A DNA stretch of 60,769 nucleotides, filler included, from Basidioascus undulatus (lineage: Eukaryota): NCBI GenBank assembly GCA_000826855.1. It is 7 parts of 7 records of this genome, joined end to end, with 100 filler letters (N's around TTAATTAATTAA, not from the genome) between each part and the next. Parts side by side here need not be neighbours in the genome. Positions count along the whole stretch, not along the records: positions 45,341 to 50,419 come from JTLS01002010.1; positions 50,520 to 55,596 come from JTLS01002011.1; positions 55,697 to 60,769 come from JTLS01002012.1; 4 more parts are not named here. One strand, 5' to 3'. Below the pieces are notes generated by a model that saw nothing but the letters and a program-made list of their open reading frames with translations, ran no database searches and was not told where the DNA came from. The position numbers were made by a program, and so were the translations under genes. This document shows, in pieces, positions 48,685-60,769 of the stretch. The number at the start of each line of letters is the position of its first letter. Within the stretch, counting starts at the first letter, position 1.

Positions 48685-49347
48685 TCAGTGCTTGACGCCT
48701 TCCCCACGCGCGCGCAGTTCGTGCACGAGGCGGACTTTATCGCGAATGAACTCTGCGAACCTCCGCCGGTGGCTGTCATCCCCCATTCCTTTGCATAAGC
48801 ATCCACACATCCCCATTCCAAAAACATGCATGAGAAGGGGGGAGGGGAGACCGACGCACCGCTCGCTCTTCAGCCTCCTCCTCTTCTGCGCGGGCTTCTC
48901 ATACCGTTCCCTCAACTTAAGCTCCCTTCGCACATCGTTCCTCCTCAGTACGCCATTCAGCTTCCTCATTGCGCGCTCCGCCTCCGCCTGCGGGCCGGTC
49001 CCCTCCCCGCGGCCCAGGGGGATCGTCCGCCCCGCGTACAGCGAAAGCGGCTTCTCGCGCTCGAAGCGCGCCGCGTTGAGTGCGTGCGCTTCGGCCCACA
49101 AGCGCTGCGGCGTGCGCGACGCGGCGTCGGAGAAACGGTCGCCTGCGCTGCGCGAGGAGGGCGGCTGGAAGGGGATCATGCCGCCCACGGAAGGGGAGGC
49201 GGAGGAGGAGGAGAGGCGCGACGAGACGGAGGAGATGAGTGCTGCGAGCTGGGCGGGGTCGCCCGGCGCGCCAGAGGGGGTCGAGTAGGCGCGGAGGGGC
49301 GCGGCGAATGGCGGACGCAGGGCCTGCCGGAAGAGCGCGGGGAGCAT
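48685..49347 (-). CDS. MRP21: Mitochondrial ribosomal protein bS21m
   Basis: Presequence-like MLPALFRQALR; YAGRTI..RKLNGVLRRNDVRRELKLRERYEKPAQKRRRLKSER|HRRRFAEFIRDKV; one intron. Confidence 0.85.
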   Translation of the reverse strand: MLPALFRQALRPPFAAPLRAYSTPSGAPGDPAQLAALISSVSSRLSSSSASPSVGGMIPFQPPSSRSAGDRFSDAASRTPQRLWAEAHALNAARFEREKPLSLYAGRTIPLGRGEGTGPQAEAERAMRKLNGVLRRNDVRRELKLRERYEKPAQKRRRLKSERCVGLPSPLLMHVFGMGMCGCLCKGMGDDSHRRRFAEFIRDKVRLVHELRARGEGVKH

Positions 49348-50206
49348 GGCTGGGTGGTTGGGAGGTATATGGGGTGGGTACGTGGTGGGAGGAGGGAAGG
49401 CCGGGGAGAGAAGACGCGGGCCGATCGCTTCAGGGTGGGTTTTCATTGGAGTGGAAACGCCAAAGAATCGCTGGCTGCTCTCAAGGTCGCTTCAACTACA
49501 TGGCTGTTTGATTCTTCCAGCATCACTTCTGATATTTTAAGAGCGTGTTTGATTCAATTTATCTCTATGTATCTAGATGTTGCGTGCCGCGAGCAGCGTT
49601 GTTGTGGCGCTGAGCGCTGCGGAGTTGCCAATTGGCCGAATGCAGGTCTGCACGACGGGTCGAGTACAGGTCTGCAGTACTCTATCTCATTCAATACACG
49701 ACACATTCCTGCACATTGGTGTGCAGAACTAATGTAACAGGCATCCGGGCGAGTTGGTGAGCACGATGCAGTGACTGGGCCTGAGGCTGAGCGTCCCGTA
49801 ATTCAGCAGGTCTCGCTATCTCGACAGTGCAATGCCGTCTCTTCTTTCTAAGTACCTCCAAGCAAAACTTTCTCCAGATGCATAAGCATTCAAAAAAATT
49901 CAAGATCTTCTGCATTCAGTGCTCTTGTAAAATAATGGACGTCAGAGGAATTCGAACGCCCTGCGTCTGCACACGACGCTCGGCTGGGACCGGGTCGGCC
50001 GCGCGTTGTCCGGCAGGCGGCTACTGCTCCACTCGCACGCTCGCGTCGAGGGGCGTCTTCTCTCTGCACCTTCGCCTCGTCGTCGTCCTCTTGCTAGCGC
50101 CGTCCTCCTCCGACCGAGAACAACCTGTTACCTATTCCTCGCGAGCACACGACGGTCCATACACAAGAATCAACAGCGCAGCTCACACGACTCGCTCGCT
50201 CGCAAC

Positions 50207-50419
50207 GATGAGTGCTCTCGTCTCCCAGCGCAGGCGGCTCGGGCTCGTCGGCGGGGTAGGGCTGCGGACGGCAGCGGCGGCGGGGGGCGGGGTATGGGTA
50301 CCGCAGGGGCAGGCAAATGACATGCTAGCGCTGCGTGAGTCCCTTCCCTTCCCATGCGCCCACCTAGCGCTGAAAATACCCCCCCCACCCCACGCACCCG
50401 ACCCTTACACTCCTCCCCC
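50207..50419 (+). CDS. First exon of an unidentified gene cut by contig end
   Basis: ATG at 50207 (MSALVSQRRRLG..) followed by a GTGAGT donor near 50335. Confidence 0.35.
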
Positions 50420-50519
50420 NNNNNNNNNNNNNNNNNNNNNNNNNNNNNNNNNNNNNNNNNNNNTTAATTAATTAANNNNNNNNNNNNNNNNNNNNNNNNN
50501 NNNNNNNNNNNNNNNNNNN
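50420..50519. other. Artificial contig linker
   Basis: N44-TTAATTAATTAA-N44. Confidence 0.98.
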
Positions 50520-52500
50520 CTCGAGCGACCCAAACCGCCTCGAAAGCTTCTGCGTGTACTCGACAAGGCGGCCCACGAGGTAGTCTATGCTCGGCGTGCT
50601 CGAGTACGCGGGCGAGTCTTGACACTCGACAGCGCGATTGACAGAGAGCATCGTGTCGGGCGACTTGGTGCTGTTGAGCTCGACCGAGGGACCCGCTACA
50701 TCGAGGAGCGGAGATGCGTCGCCGGACAGGGCGAAAGAAAGAAGCGAGGCGATAGCCGGCCAATTGCGCGGTGAGTACATTCCCATGAAGACAAGCCCTG
50801 TGGTGAATACAACACCGGTTTTTCAGTCGCCCTATTAGTGTGTAGGGAGCTGTTCCATCGCACCTCGTACTTGTGCGGAAGTAAGTACGCCCGGCCTTTG
50901 TGCATTCGGCACCGCCAGAGGCTCTACGAACAGGCGATCGGCGAAATCATCGATGAGCTGTGCCAGATCAGCCGCGCTTTGTCCATACGCCGCGAGGGCG
51001 CAGCGCTCCGGGCCGGCCTCGAAACAGGACGAGACGAAGCCATCGAACGCTTTGTCTGTGTCGGCCTGGAAGGCTTATTGCGAAGTTTGATGTTAGCAAC
51101 ATCGCTTAGCAAAGAGAAAACCGTATCGCACTTGGCAGCCAGTCTTCGTAATGCACCGACGTCCAGAGTTCGGGGTTTGCGACACCGTCAATGAGGACAC
51201 GGCCGATCTGCACATTCGCCGCCAGCATAAATGCCATGGAGATGGACTTCGGACCTGGCGACAAACCCGGTCGGGGAACCTGCGAAAACACGCCGTCAGC
51301 GTCGAGCGGAACATCGAAATGCGGATATCAATAGAACCCACATGTTGACGAGTGTGCTACCCAGAATAGTCCCGTACGAGAAGCCGGCGTAATTGCTGGC
51401 AAGAATTTCCGTCAGCTTCGCCCCTCGCAGTCAAACAGTGATACGGAACTCACATCAACGCGCCATGCCCATCCAATACCTCTGCGACGTGCGCAAAGTC
51501 TTTTGCGACATAGTACGTACCGATGTATGGGAGAAGGTTCCCAGAGCGCTGCAAGCAGAGCTCAGCCTCGACGGCGGACGAGGCGTTGAGGCGCCTGACT
51601 TGCGCGACGACGACCTCGCGCACGTCCGCCGTGAGATTCAACGGCGCGTCGAGATCGGGGTTGGACGCGGAGAAGACGTCGAGCTCAGTTTGGGAGCCGA
51701 AGCATTCGAGACGTGGACTGGCGCAAATTGGAGTTCCGGTGAGCTGCGAGTTGCAAAAAGCGAGAGGACGACGTACATGGTCAAGTTGACGCCTCTGCAA
51801 TAAATGGCCGGGTAAGATCTGTTGGCATATCCGAAATCAGAACAAAAGATGCGCACCGTGGATCAATGCCCACAACGTCGTATTGCCCCTTGAAGAGCTC
51901 CCCGAGCGCCTTGCCGAAGCGATACGTTGCGCCAGAGCCGGAGCCGCCGGGTCCACCTGCGTATCACGAAAACAGCCAGTGCTCAGCAAGCAGTCCTAGC
52001 ATCTTACTAAACGCATATTGACCCGGGTTGATGAGGAGCGTCCCCTTGTAATGCTTCCTGTCGGTTGCCTTGAAGCGCGACAGGAACAGACTGACGTGCT
52101 CGTCGTGCGAAGGGTCGTCCCAGTCGAGAGGAACCCTATGAGACGGAGGGTAGGCAATCAGCCCTATCCTACCCAAGGAGTATCATCGATTTGCATACTG
52201 CAGACGACCACAGTCGAAGCCGTCCCCGCACGGCTGCCAGTCGATCGGGCCTTTCGGATGGTGAGGCCTGACCGCGTTGAATAGTCTGTGCTGAGATAGA
52301 AGCATCAGTCGAGAGCGAGTTACATGTGGAAGGTGTGGTGATTCACCCAGAATGGACAGCACGACGCGAACAGGTAGGCGCCGAGCGCGAAAGGCACGAG
52401 GACGCGAAGGAGAGATCGAAGGCCTACCCTCGGACGGAGCGCTCGAAGTGCGAGCGTCAGCTTGGGGCAGCAGAGCCGCCTCCGCTTTCTCGAGTGGCAT
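50520..52500 (-). CDS. Alpha/beta hydrolase, peptidase S33 / TAP-like family, 3'-truncated
   Basis: WQPCGDGFDCGRLQ|VPLDW, LLINP|GGPGGSG, YDVVGIDPR|GV, nucleophile motif GFSYG, FPDR|IGRVLIDGV. Confidence 0.9.
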
Positions 52501-53958
52501 GAGTAAGTATTGAATGGTAGAGCAACTTCGAATTTGGATGAACTTTGGCAGTGAAGGAGGTGTGGTGAGGAAGAAGAGGAGGTCCGTCACGTGGACGCGT
52601 GGCACCCCCTCCCTTATCGGTCACGTGTGTTGCATGCGATATTCAAAGGCAGACAGCTCGAGATCCTAACCGGAGTCCTCTTCGGAGGGAAAGTACGATG
52701 TATCTGTGAAAGCAGTGGTATTTACACAAGGCCAGAAGACAGAATGGCAGATGCGCTGGCAGCCGTCTCGACAGCCAGTGCATGGTCCGTGACTCCGTCC
52801 GATGTTTCTCAAGCTGCGCTCGCTCCTCACATATTCTCGTTTCAAGGTATAACACTAGACAGGGATGACGATTATTGCTTAACGAGAGGCATCCGGTGGC
52901 CTTCATAACGATACTACTTAAGTGCGACTTCCAGTGGCATGGCACGACCCGCCGCTAAATAAAACTCTGCAGGCTTTCATCGTCCAATGCTGTTTTGTGA
53001 TCCCGCTTCTCGTGGTGGTTGTACTTCCTAGTGTACTGTAACGGTATGATTGTGTTGGGACACACCGCATATGTTGGGGTGTACGGTTGGGCTAGACTAC
53101 GTAGCCAACAGTCGCTGCGCAGCGAACTTTTCTGTCTTTCCGGCAATGCGTGTTTCCTGTGCGCTCAGCGCCCTTCGTCACGGTAAACACGCATTGAAGA
53201 AGAAGTTCTCCGGAACAGGAGGACAAAAAAGTCTGAACATTCTGAACACACGAACGAAACAGCGAAGCCCAACAAAGTACGGGTCATGAATGACAGACAG
53301 ACGGAGAAACTCGAGGCGAGGGGGTGTAGCAGTACAACGACGAAGACGAACGACAAAGACGAAAACTGTTCTGAAGCGAATATAGAACGGGACCTATGCG
53401 AGACGGGAGTGCGTGCGGGACAAAGACAAAGACAAAGTACATAGAGACGAGAGCGGATGGTATGCTATGAAGACTGGAGAGCGGCGGACGAGAAAAGTAC
53501 TGTGCGGAGTGTGAGTGTGCGTAACGGTCGTGGCGCGGTCATGTGCGGGGGTATTGGGTGTCTGAGATGTATGTATGGGTGTGTGGTGAGGTGCATGCCG
53601 AAGGATGATGATGCGTGTGTATGCGAGCGGGGGATGTGTGTGCGAGGAATGGGAAACGTCTGAACGGAGCGGAACGGAAGCGGACTGGACGAAACGGAAC
53701 TTTGCGAGAACTATATAAGACGAGACGACAAAGCCCAAGAATAAAGAAGAGGAAATTTCGGAAGGGAGACGCGGTGGGGTCGGCGTCTGGCCTCCTTTTG
53801 GTGGTGAGACGACCGCGGCGAGGGGAGGCGGAGCGTCGCCCGTGCGGGAGAATGGGATTGGAGGCACGGAGGGCAAGGGGTAAAGAATGAAGGCGGGACG
53901 TGTGTAGCAGCCGGAGGTCCAGCGCCCGCTGAGCGTGGCGGGCGGCCGTGCGACCGCC

Positions 53959-55596
53959 TCAGCACAAGTACCGCTCGTTCAGCGCGCTGATGTCCCCCTC
54001 TCTCCAATCAGCATCCATCCTCGCATACCGCAAACCAAATCAAAGAAGGCGACGCACGCGATCTCCCTGCACAGATATGCCCAGCTGAGCTCGCGCCCCA
54101 GCGGTCCGTCCTCGCCGGCTTCGGCACGTGCACGACGGAGGTCGACCTCCCCCCCGCCGAGCTCGTGCATAAACTTGAGGTTGGGCTGCGGTGTGGGCGG
54201 GGGGTTGGTCAGATAAGGGAGAACGGGCGGACGGGAGGGAGGGGAATGGGGGCGGCGGGACGGATTAGAGCGTTGGGAAAGGAGGAGAAGGGGAGAGAAG
54301 GGAGAGGAGGAGGGGAACCAACACACCTGGATGAGGACGTTGAGCCTCCTCGCGCGCGTGTAGAGGTACGCGTCCGCGAGGCTCATCCCGCAGTACTTCA
54401 TGATGTACCCGATCTGACCCCGCCACGCCTCATCCGGGTTAGACTTGCCTTCCGCTCCGGAAAAGAGAAGGAAACGCAACGCACCACAATCGAAGCTGAC
54501 CTCGACACGCCCACCCGACAATGGACCAGCACCTTCCCTCCCTCCCTGCGCGCGTCCTCGATCCACTCGACCGCCTGCGGAAGTTGAGGACGCTATCCAA
54601 CCCCGCCCCCCCCACACACACACGCACATCAGCTCCATCCCCGCATCCCCTCCTCTCTCCGCCCCTCAGTCGCAAACGCACCAGCTGGTCCTTCCCATCG
54701 TCCGACACGCCGTTGATCTCGAGCAGCTTGAGCGCGCCGCGGCGGACCTCGTCCGCGAAGCTGGGGGCGCGCGGGCGGCCGTTCGCTGCGTAGGAGGAGC
54801 TGGCGTTGAACATGCCCGAGGCGGTGGCGGAAGCGGAGTGGTTCGTCTGCTTCTGCATCGGCGTCTGCGTCTGCGCCTGCGTGTGTGGAAAGATATGGAG
54901 CGGCGGGAGCGCGAGAGGAGAATGAGAGGCCGTGATGCGATGAGGAGGGCGCTTCGTGAGATGGGGGACCAGCGCGCGCGCGGGAGGTGCGCGGCGAGAG
55001 CCGATGCAGCGACGTGGAAGGCTGTTCGTCTGCGCCTGCGTCTCCATCTGCGTGGCGCGGTGCCTGTGCGCGCGGTGAGGCACGCCGGAGCGACGAGGAT
55101 GGGGGCGGCGGTGGTGGAGGAGCGCGAGGCGGTAAAGGCGGTGGGTCTGCTTCCTCTTCCTCTTCCACCTCCTCTCCTCCCTCTTCTTCTTCTTCCCCCT
55201 CTTCTTCTTGCCCGGGCCCCACCTCCGCCTCGTCGTTGCCCTCCTCCTCCTCCTCCTCATCATCATCATCAAACGAGAACCGCACGCTCGCGCCCGCGCT
55301 CCTCCGCATCCCCCGCGCAGCCGCAGCCGCGGGGGTGCTAGGGAACCCGCCAGGCGGATGTGGCGTGCGCGGCAGGAGAGTCCCATTCGCGCGTGCGGGA
55401 GCGGGAGCGGGAGCCGGGGCAGGAGCGGGAGTGGGCGGCACCGGTCCCCTCGGCGTGCTCGTGAACGCGCCGGGAAAGCGGGGCGTCTTGGGCGTCTTGG
55501 GCGTCAGAGAGCGCCAGAGGCGCGGGGGCGGGGGCTTGGCGGGGGAGATGCCACCTGGTGAGGGGCGCACACCGCCTGGGGACCCTGCACCGCCGC
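53959..55596 (-). CDS. Pps1-like dual-specificity protein phosphatase, 5'-truncated
   Basis: GVSDDG, VLVHCRVGVSRSA, YLYTRARRLNVLIQ|PNL, RELSWAYLCREI..LNERYLC*. Confidence 0.85.
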
Positions 55597-55696
55597 NNNN
55601 NNNNNNNNNNNNNNNNNNNNNNNNNNNNNNNNNNNNNNNNTTAATTAATTAANNNNNNNNNNNNNNNNNNNNNNNNNNNNNNNNNNNNNNNNNNNN
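55597..55696. other. Artificial contig linker
   Basis: N44-TTAATTAATTAA-N44. Confidence 0.98.
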
Positions 55697-55990
55697 CGAG
55701 CTCGACGGCGGTGCGGCGGTATGCAAGGGAGGGGAGGGAGGACGGGGCGGAGAATGTGGGAATGGAGAGGTAGGGGGTTAGGAGCATGGGGGGGTTAGGA
55801 GCATGGGGGGGAGGAGAGGACGTGCTTGTGAAGAGAAGTTCTCCAGCGTAAGCGCTGCGGTGAGGGTCGAGCGGACAGCGGCGAGGTAGGGCCGGAGCGT
55901 GTTGGACTGCCGGGGCCACAAACGACCCAACCACGCCGAGGATCAGCGATGCGCACGAGTGTGAGGCAGCGAGATGGCGGCGCAGACCAT
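55697..55990 (-). CDS. ARPC4: Arp2/3 complex subunit 4, 5' portion only
   Basis: ATG-only first coding exon at 55988-55990, then exon 55906-55826 [27 protein letters not shown]; missed by the ORF track. Confidence 0.92.
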
Positions 55991-56303
55991 CTTTGACGGC
56001 GATGGGACCGGGTCAGTATAAGAGAGGACAGGGAGCAAGGAGAAGGAGGTGTAGCTGATGAGGGTGAGCGCGAGAGCCATGGAGAGCATGGGGAGCTTGG
56101 TGGTGACGCGGACCGCCCGCGCATTGGCTTACATAATTGAGTCGCAAGAGAGAAGGAGTTGAATGAATTCGGCACAAAGGGTTATCGCCGAGCGGATGCA
56201 AAGCAGCGAGGGAAAGTCTCACAACTTTCGTCTTCTCTCCTTCTCTCCCAGGACCCCACTCACCCTTCCACACTCCCTCCCACCACTTTTTATATCCACT
56301 AAA

Positions 56304-58140
56304 ATGCCTCCTCTCGGTCTTTGGTACGCCACGTTTTCTTATTGTATTCCCCCAGAAAATGCCCTCTAAACGCCGTGTCTGTTTTCCAGGTCGATCAAGC
56401 TCCTCCCGAACCAGCTGCACGTCCTCGAAGTGGACGAGGACATCCGCGTGACAAACGTCGCGCTCGCGGAAAACGCGACGTCGACCCAGCGCAGCGTGGT
56501 CAAGATCACGTACACGCCGCAGGACGACGACGATGAGGACGACGAGGACGAGACGACTGAGCCGCCCGCGGCAAGGGAGATCGTGCTCTGCTCGCTTATT
56601 CCAGGGCAGGTGCGTGGAGAGGGTGTGGGGTGGGGGAAAGAGGCTGATTGAGGGTGGATTTTGTGTGGGTGGGCGAATAGGTCGAGCAGCGCCAGGTGGA
56701 CATCACTTTCTCTGTGGAGGACCTTGTGTCGCTGTCGGTGACGGGCAACAAGTGCGTCTTCCTGTTCCCACCTCCCATATCATTTTCCTTTTTCCCTTTA
56801 ACTCCCCCTTCCCTTCCGCGCTCTATTCTTCCTATCCTGTCGCGGAAACTGACTCAAACCTCCCCCTCCCCCTCCCTCCTCCACAGCGAGGTCCACCTCG
56901 TCGGGAACCTCGTCGCGCCCGACGTTCCCCAGTACCCCGAGTCGGACTACTCCGGCTCGGACGACGCGTCCGACGCAGACTCCGAGGAGCTCCGGCTCAT
57001 GTACGGCGGGGACATGATGGACGAGGATGACGAGTCCGAGGAGGAGGACGCTGCTGGGTACGTCTCCTTCCCTTTCCTTCTCCCCTTCCCTTCCCTTCTC
57101 CCGTTCTCTTTTTTTGCGATATCGCGTTGTTTTGGAAAGAAGAAGCTGATGAGGTGGATGGGACAGCCGCATCACCGAGATCGTCGACGAGCGCGCGCCG
57201 TCCAAGGCCGCGAAGCGCGCGGCCGAGGAGCCCACGCCGAATAAGGCGGAGAAGAAGCAGAAGGTCGCTGAGGGGAAGGTGCGTCCCACATCTCTACCCC
57301 CTCTACCCCTCTCGTCTTCGCGACCCCACTCTGTTTTATTTGGCATGGAACTGATTGTGCGGGTGTGTGTGCACAGGCGGTAGAGAAGAAGGCGGAGAAG
57401 AAGGAGAAGAAGGAGAAGAAGGAGAAGGAAGCTGCCTCGACGCCCGAGGCTAAGAAGACCAAGGTCCGTCTTTCCCCCTTCCCTCTCCCGTTCCTCCTTC
57501 CCCTTCTGTCCCTCTTCCCTTTCTCTCCCCTCGCGCTACGTTATGAGAAGCTAACGCACAAAACTGGACCCCACTAGCGCGTCACCCTCCCCTCCGGCGT
57601 CTCCTACGAGGACGGCAAGGTCGGGACCGGCCAGACGGCGAAGGCGGGCAAGAAGGTCGGCATGCGCTACATCGGGAAGATCCTCAAGAACGGCCAGCCC
57701 GTTGGCAAGCCGTTTGACTCGAACACGAGCGGGAAGCCGGTGCGTCCTCCGTCTTCCTTTCCCTATTTCCCCCACCCCACCCGCCTTCCTCTTCTTCTCC
57801 TCCTCGCCATATTCTCCCTCCCTTAAGAAGAGACTGGAGAAAAAAAAAGGAGCCCAAAGCTAACGTACGCGGTTCGCGCAGTTCTCCTTCCTCCTAGGCC
57901 GGGGCGAAGTCATCGCAGGGTGGGACCAGGGTGTGGCCGGGATGCAAGTCGGCGGCGAGCGCAAGCTCTTCATCCCGTCCAAGCACGCGTACGGCAACAA
58001 GCGTATCCCCGGCATTCCCGCCGGGTCGGACTTATACTTCGGTGTGTTCGAGCCCCATCTTTCGCGTTCTTCACGCATGCCAGCTGATGTGAGCGTATGC
58101 GTGCGCGGGGACAGAGGTCAAGCTCGTCGAGATCCGCTGA
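56304..58140 (+). CDS. FPR4: Nucleolar FK506-binding protein (nucleoplasmin-like domain, acidic/basic tracts, FKBP domain)
   Basis: [25 protein letters not shown]-terminal [55 protein letters not shown]3 versus FPR4 orthology cannot be resolved. Confidence 0.9.
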
Positions 58141-58857
58141 GCTTTGCGTGCGGTGGGGGCTGGGTGTTCATTTACGCTTGTTCGGTTATTATCCAGGGGA
58201 TGCATTCGTGTCTGCATGCAGTTTCTACCATGTTACTGTGCAGTACGAGTGCCTTTATGCGAACCGTGGAGTCTCAAGACTAGAACAAGTCCAGTCTTCA
58301 CGACCGCGCACGACCCAACTGCGTGCATATCTCATCGCACGCGTGCAACCAGAGACAGGCCAGGTAATAAACCAGGAATGCAATTCGGCGTGTATGTGGA
58401 GTTGCAGATCATAAGCCTAGGGAAAGCCTTCATGAAGCGAGCCAATGCAGAGGGCGAGCGAGCAAGTTGAAAAGGCGAGACAGGAACGAATGGGGCATCG
58501 AGCGGTATAGACAAGGTGGATGGGTAAAGTACCGAAGTTTAGATTGGAATGAGAAAAAGGGTAACGGTTGGCCGGAAGAATAGGGGGGCATGCACGGAGA
58601 AAGCGGGTAAAAGGTAGGTTGAGTAGGTGGACAGGACGGGAGGAGAGGGGGCGGTAACAACATGCGGCGTTGGGCCGGGGGAGGGACTATAAAGAATCAA
58701 GAAGGAGGAATGAAGGAAGACGGAGAGAAAAGGTGGATGGGCGTAAGTCGACCGGCGGGCAAAAGAGATGTGATCGATGCGACAGGGCAAAGGTATGAAC
58801 GGGAAGGAAGGGAGGGGGCGTCCAGCGCGTCTACCGTAGCGTCCGAACCGTGCGTCT

Positions 58858-60769
58858 CTAGATCTGCGCGGGGGCGGACTCAGCCTCGCGAAGCGGCAGG
58901 CTCACCAGGTCCGCCGCGGGGGCGGGTGCGTCGTCGGCGGCCGCTGCAGCGCCCGCCTCGGGTGCGGGGGGCGCCGAGTCCGGGCGGTCCGCGGCGGCGC
59001 TGCCGAGCGGGAGAGGCGCGCCCTTGCGGCGGAAGAGGGCCTTGTCGACCCACCCGGCCATGTTGACCTCTGCTACGGCCGAGCACGCGAGCCACGGGTG
59101 CTCCAGCAGCTGCGAGTACTGCGGTCGGTCTTTGGGGTTCTTGCTCATGCTGGTTCCATCCCGACCCCCACACATCAATCCCTGTTCCTGTCCCTGTTCC
59201 TTTTCCTGTTCCTCCTCCCCTCCGACTTGCGCGACTGAGGATGGCGACTTACCATTGCCGCACGAAATCCTTCGCCGTCTCGCTGTACCCCTCCGGCAAG
59301 TCCGGCGCGTCGCCCTTGACGATCGCCTGGAGCTGGTCGAACACGTTCGCAAAGTTGAGCGGGTACTCTCCATGAGCGAGCTCGACGAGCGAGAGGCCCA
59401 GCGACCACACGTCCGACGAGGCGCTGTACGTCCCTGCGTTGGACGAGTTCTGGCCCTCGATGCGTTCAGGCTATGGGAGAGGGGCAGGTGATCAGCTCGC
59501 GGCTCGTTGGGAGAGAGGATGCAGGTGGGTTGAAAGAGAAGGAGGGAAAGGCTGCAATCGGGCTGGGAAGAGAAGAGAACGAAACGCACAGCCATGTATG
59601 ATTGGCAGCCGATGTTCGTCTTCGCTAACGACTTCTCGAGCTGGCCCGACACGCCAAAGTCGCAGAGTTTGATCGCTCCGGATCGGTTAACGAGGACGTT
59701 CGTCGGCTTGACGTCTGCGCGATCCCACCACACACCTCCTGTCAGCCTCCACCCCCCTCCTCCCAGTTCGCACATCGCTGCCAACTCACCGCGGTGCATG
59801 ATGTGCATCTCGTCCTTCAAGAACTTGAGGCCCTTAACGACCTCGCTCGTGACGCGGGCCATGACGTCCTCAGGTACGCCCTCCCCCGGCGCGTAGAGCT
59901 TGTCGAGCGACCCGGCGTCCATGTACTCCATGCAATAGTAGATGCACCCTTCGGTGAAGAACGCGCCGTAGAACTCGATGATCTGCGGCGCGACGGCGCG
60001 GTGCAGGATGTCGAGCTCCATCGCGATCCCCGCCAGCTTCGCTTGGTCCAGCTCGAGGCGGATTTCCTGCGTACCCACGCAAATCAAGGCATTAGCGCCT
60101 TCGCTCGTAATTGGATAGCAGCAATGAGGGAGAGGGACGGTGGAAATGGTAGGATGGAAAAGGAAGCAAGACGCACCTTAATGGCCATAACGACCTTCGT
60201 CACGCGGTGCTCAGCGCACCGGACCGTGCCGTAGTTGCCCCGGCCGAGCTCTTGCTTGAGCTCGAGGTCGTCGATGTGGATGGCGAAACTCTGGCCGTTG
60301 GAGAAGTCGACGCCCTTGGCATGCAGGATCGCCTTGCCGTTCCCGAAGTTGAGCTTGCCCGTCGGGTCGCTGTGGCACGCCATCCCACCTCAATCAGTCC
60401 CGAGATTCTCCCACCCATATCCTCAATAGCAATCAAAGGAATAAGGGCTCGGTACGCACACAATGCTCCCAAAGTTCGCGAACGGCGTGCTCATCACGTC
60501 CCCGCCCCCAGCCCCATGCGCGTCGCTCAGGCGCCCGGGCGGTCCGCGCCGAGCAGACAAGCCGCCGCCCGGCCCGCCTGCGCCTGCGCCTGCGGAGAAG
60601 CCCGCAGCGGCGAGGGACATGCCGGGCGGTTTGCGGCGCGCGCCGAGGCCGCCCGAGGGCGTCGGCATCGCCGCCATGCGCGCCGCAAGCGAGTTGCCGG
60701 ATGGTGCGGGCGCGGAGGGCGGTGAGCGAGAGGGAATCGGACCGGAGGGGTTGGGGGAGGCGCGCGGGG
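58858..60769 (-). CDS. PBS2: MAP kinase kinase Pbs2/Wis1 (HOG pathway), 5'-truncated
   Basis: GVDFSNGQSFAI..ELGRGNYGTV, EIRLELD..MELDILH, CMEYMDAGSLDKL, KLCDFGVSGQLEKSLAKTNIGCQSYMA. Confidence 0.95.

Noticed and set aside
50520..52500. TAP-like peptidase as horizontal acquisition
   Set aside because: Intron-rich and a common fungal family.

Overview
Intron-rich, GC-rich fungal DNA. Gene content (Rrm4-like, ApsA/Num1, Ecm11-like, Pbs2) and short GTRNGT..CTRAC..YAG introns point to a basidiomycete. The window is not one locus: seven contigs are joined by artificial 100-nt N44-TTAATTAATTAA-N44 linkers, six of about 5.08 kb and one of 29.7 kb (15549-45240). Recognisable genes: FAH-domain protein, RFA1, ApsA/Num1, a degenerate Zn2Cys6 factor, a CAMK-group kinase, RTP1/TANGO6, a beta-lactamase-fold serine hydrolase, a divergent Rrm4-like RNA-binding protein, an Ecm11-like protein, a chitin synthase, Pol delta subunit 4, mitoribosomal bS21m, an S33/TAP-like hydrolase, a Pps1-like phosphatase, ARPC4, a nucleolar FKBP and Pbs2, plus two tRNA-Phe(GAA) and one tRNA-Ile(AAT). 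Most notable: (1) the kinase splices in frame, through a 6-nt microexon, into an N-terminally truncated RTP1 (real fusion or misassembly); (2) a stand-alone cullin-repeat-1 'mini-cullin' with an in-frame TGA between two tRNA-Phe genes, among several F-box/BTB relics; (3) a compact, strongly diverged Rrm4 homolog; (4) a 2/5/12/13-nt microexon chain encoding the conserved VYAFCNTHDISWG motif of the chitin synthase. Family calls come from motif recognition and manual splicing, not from database searches.
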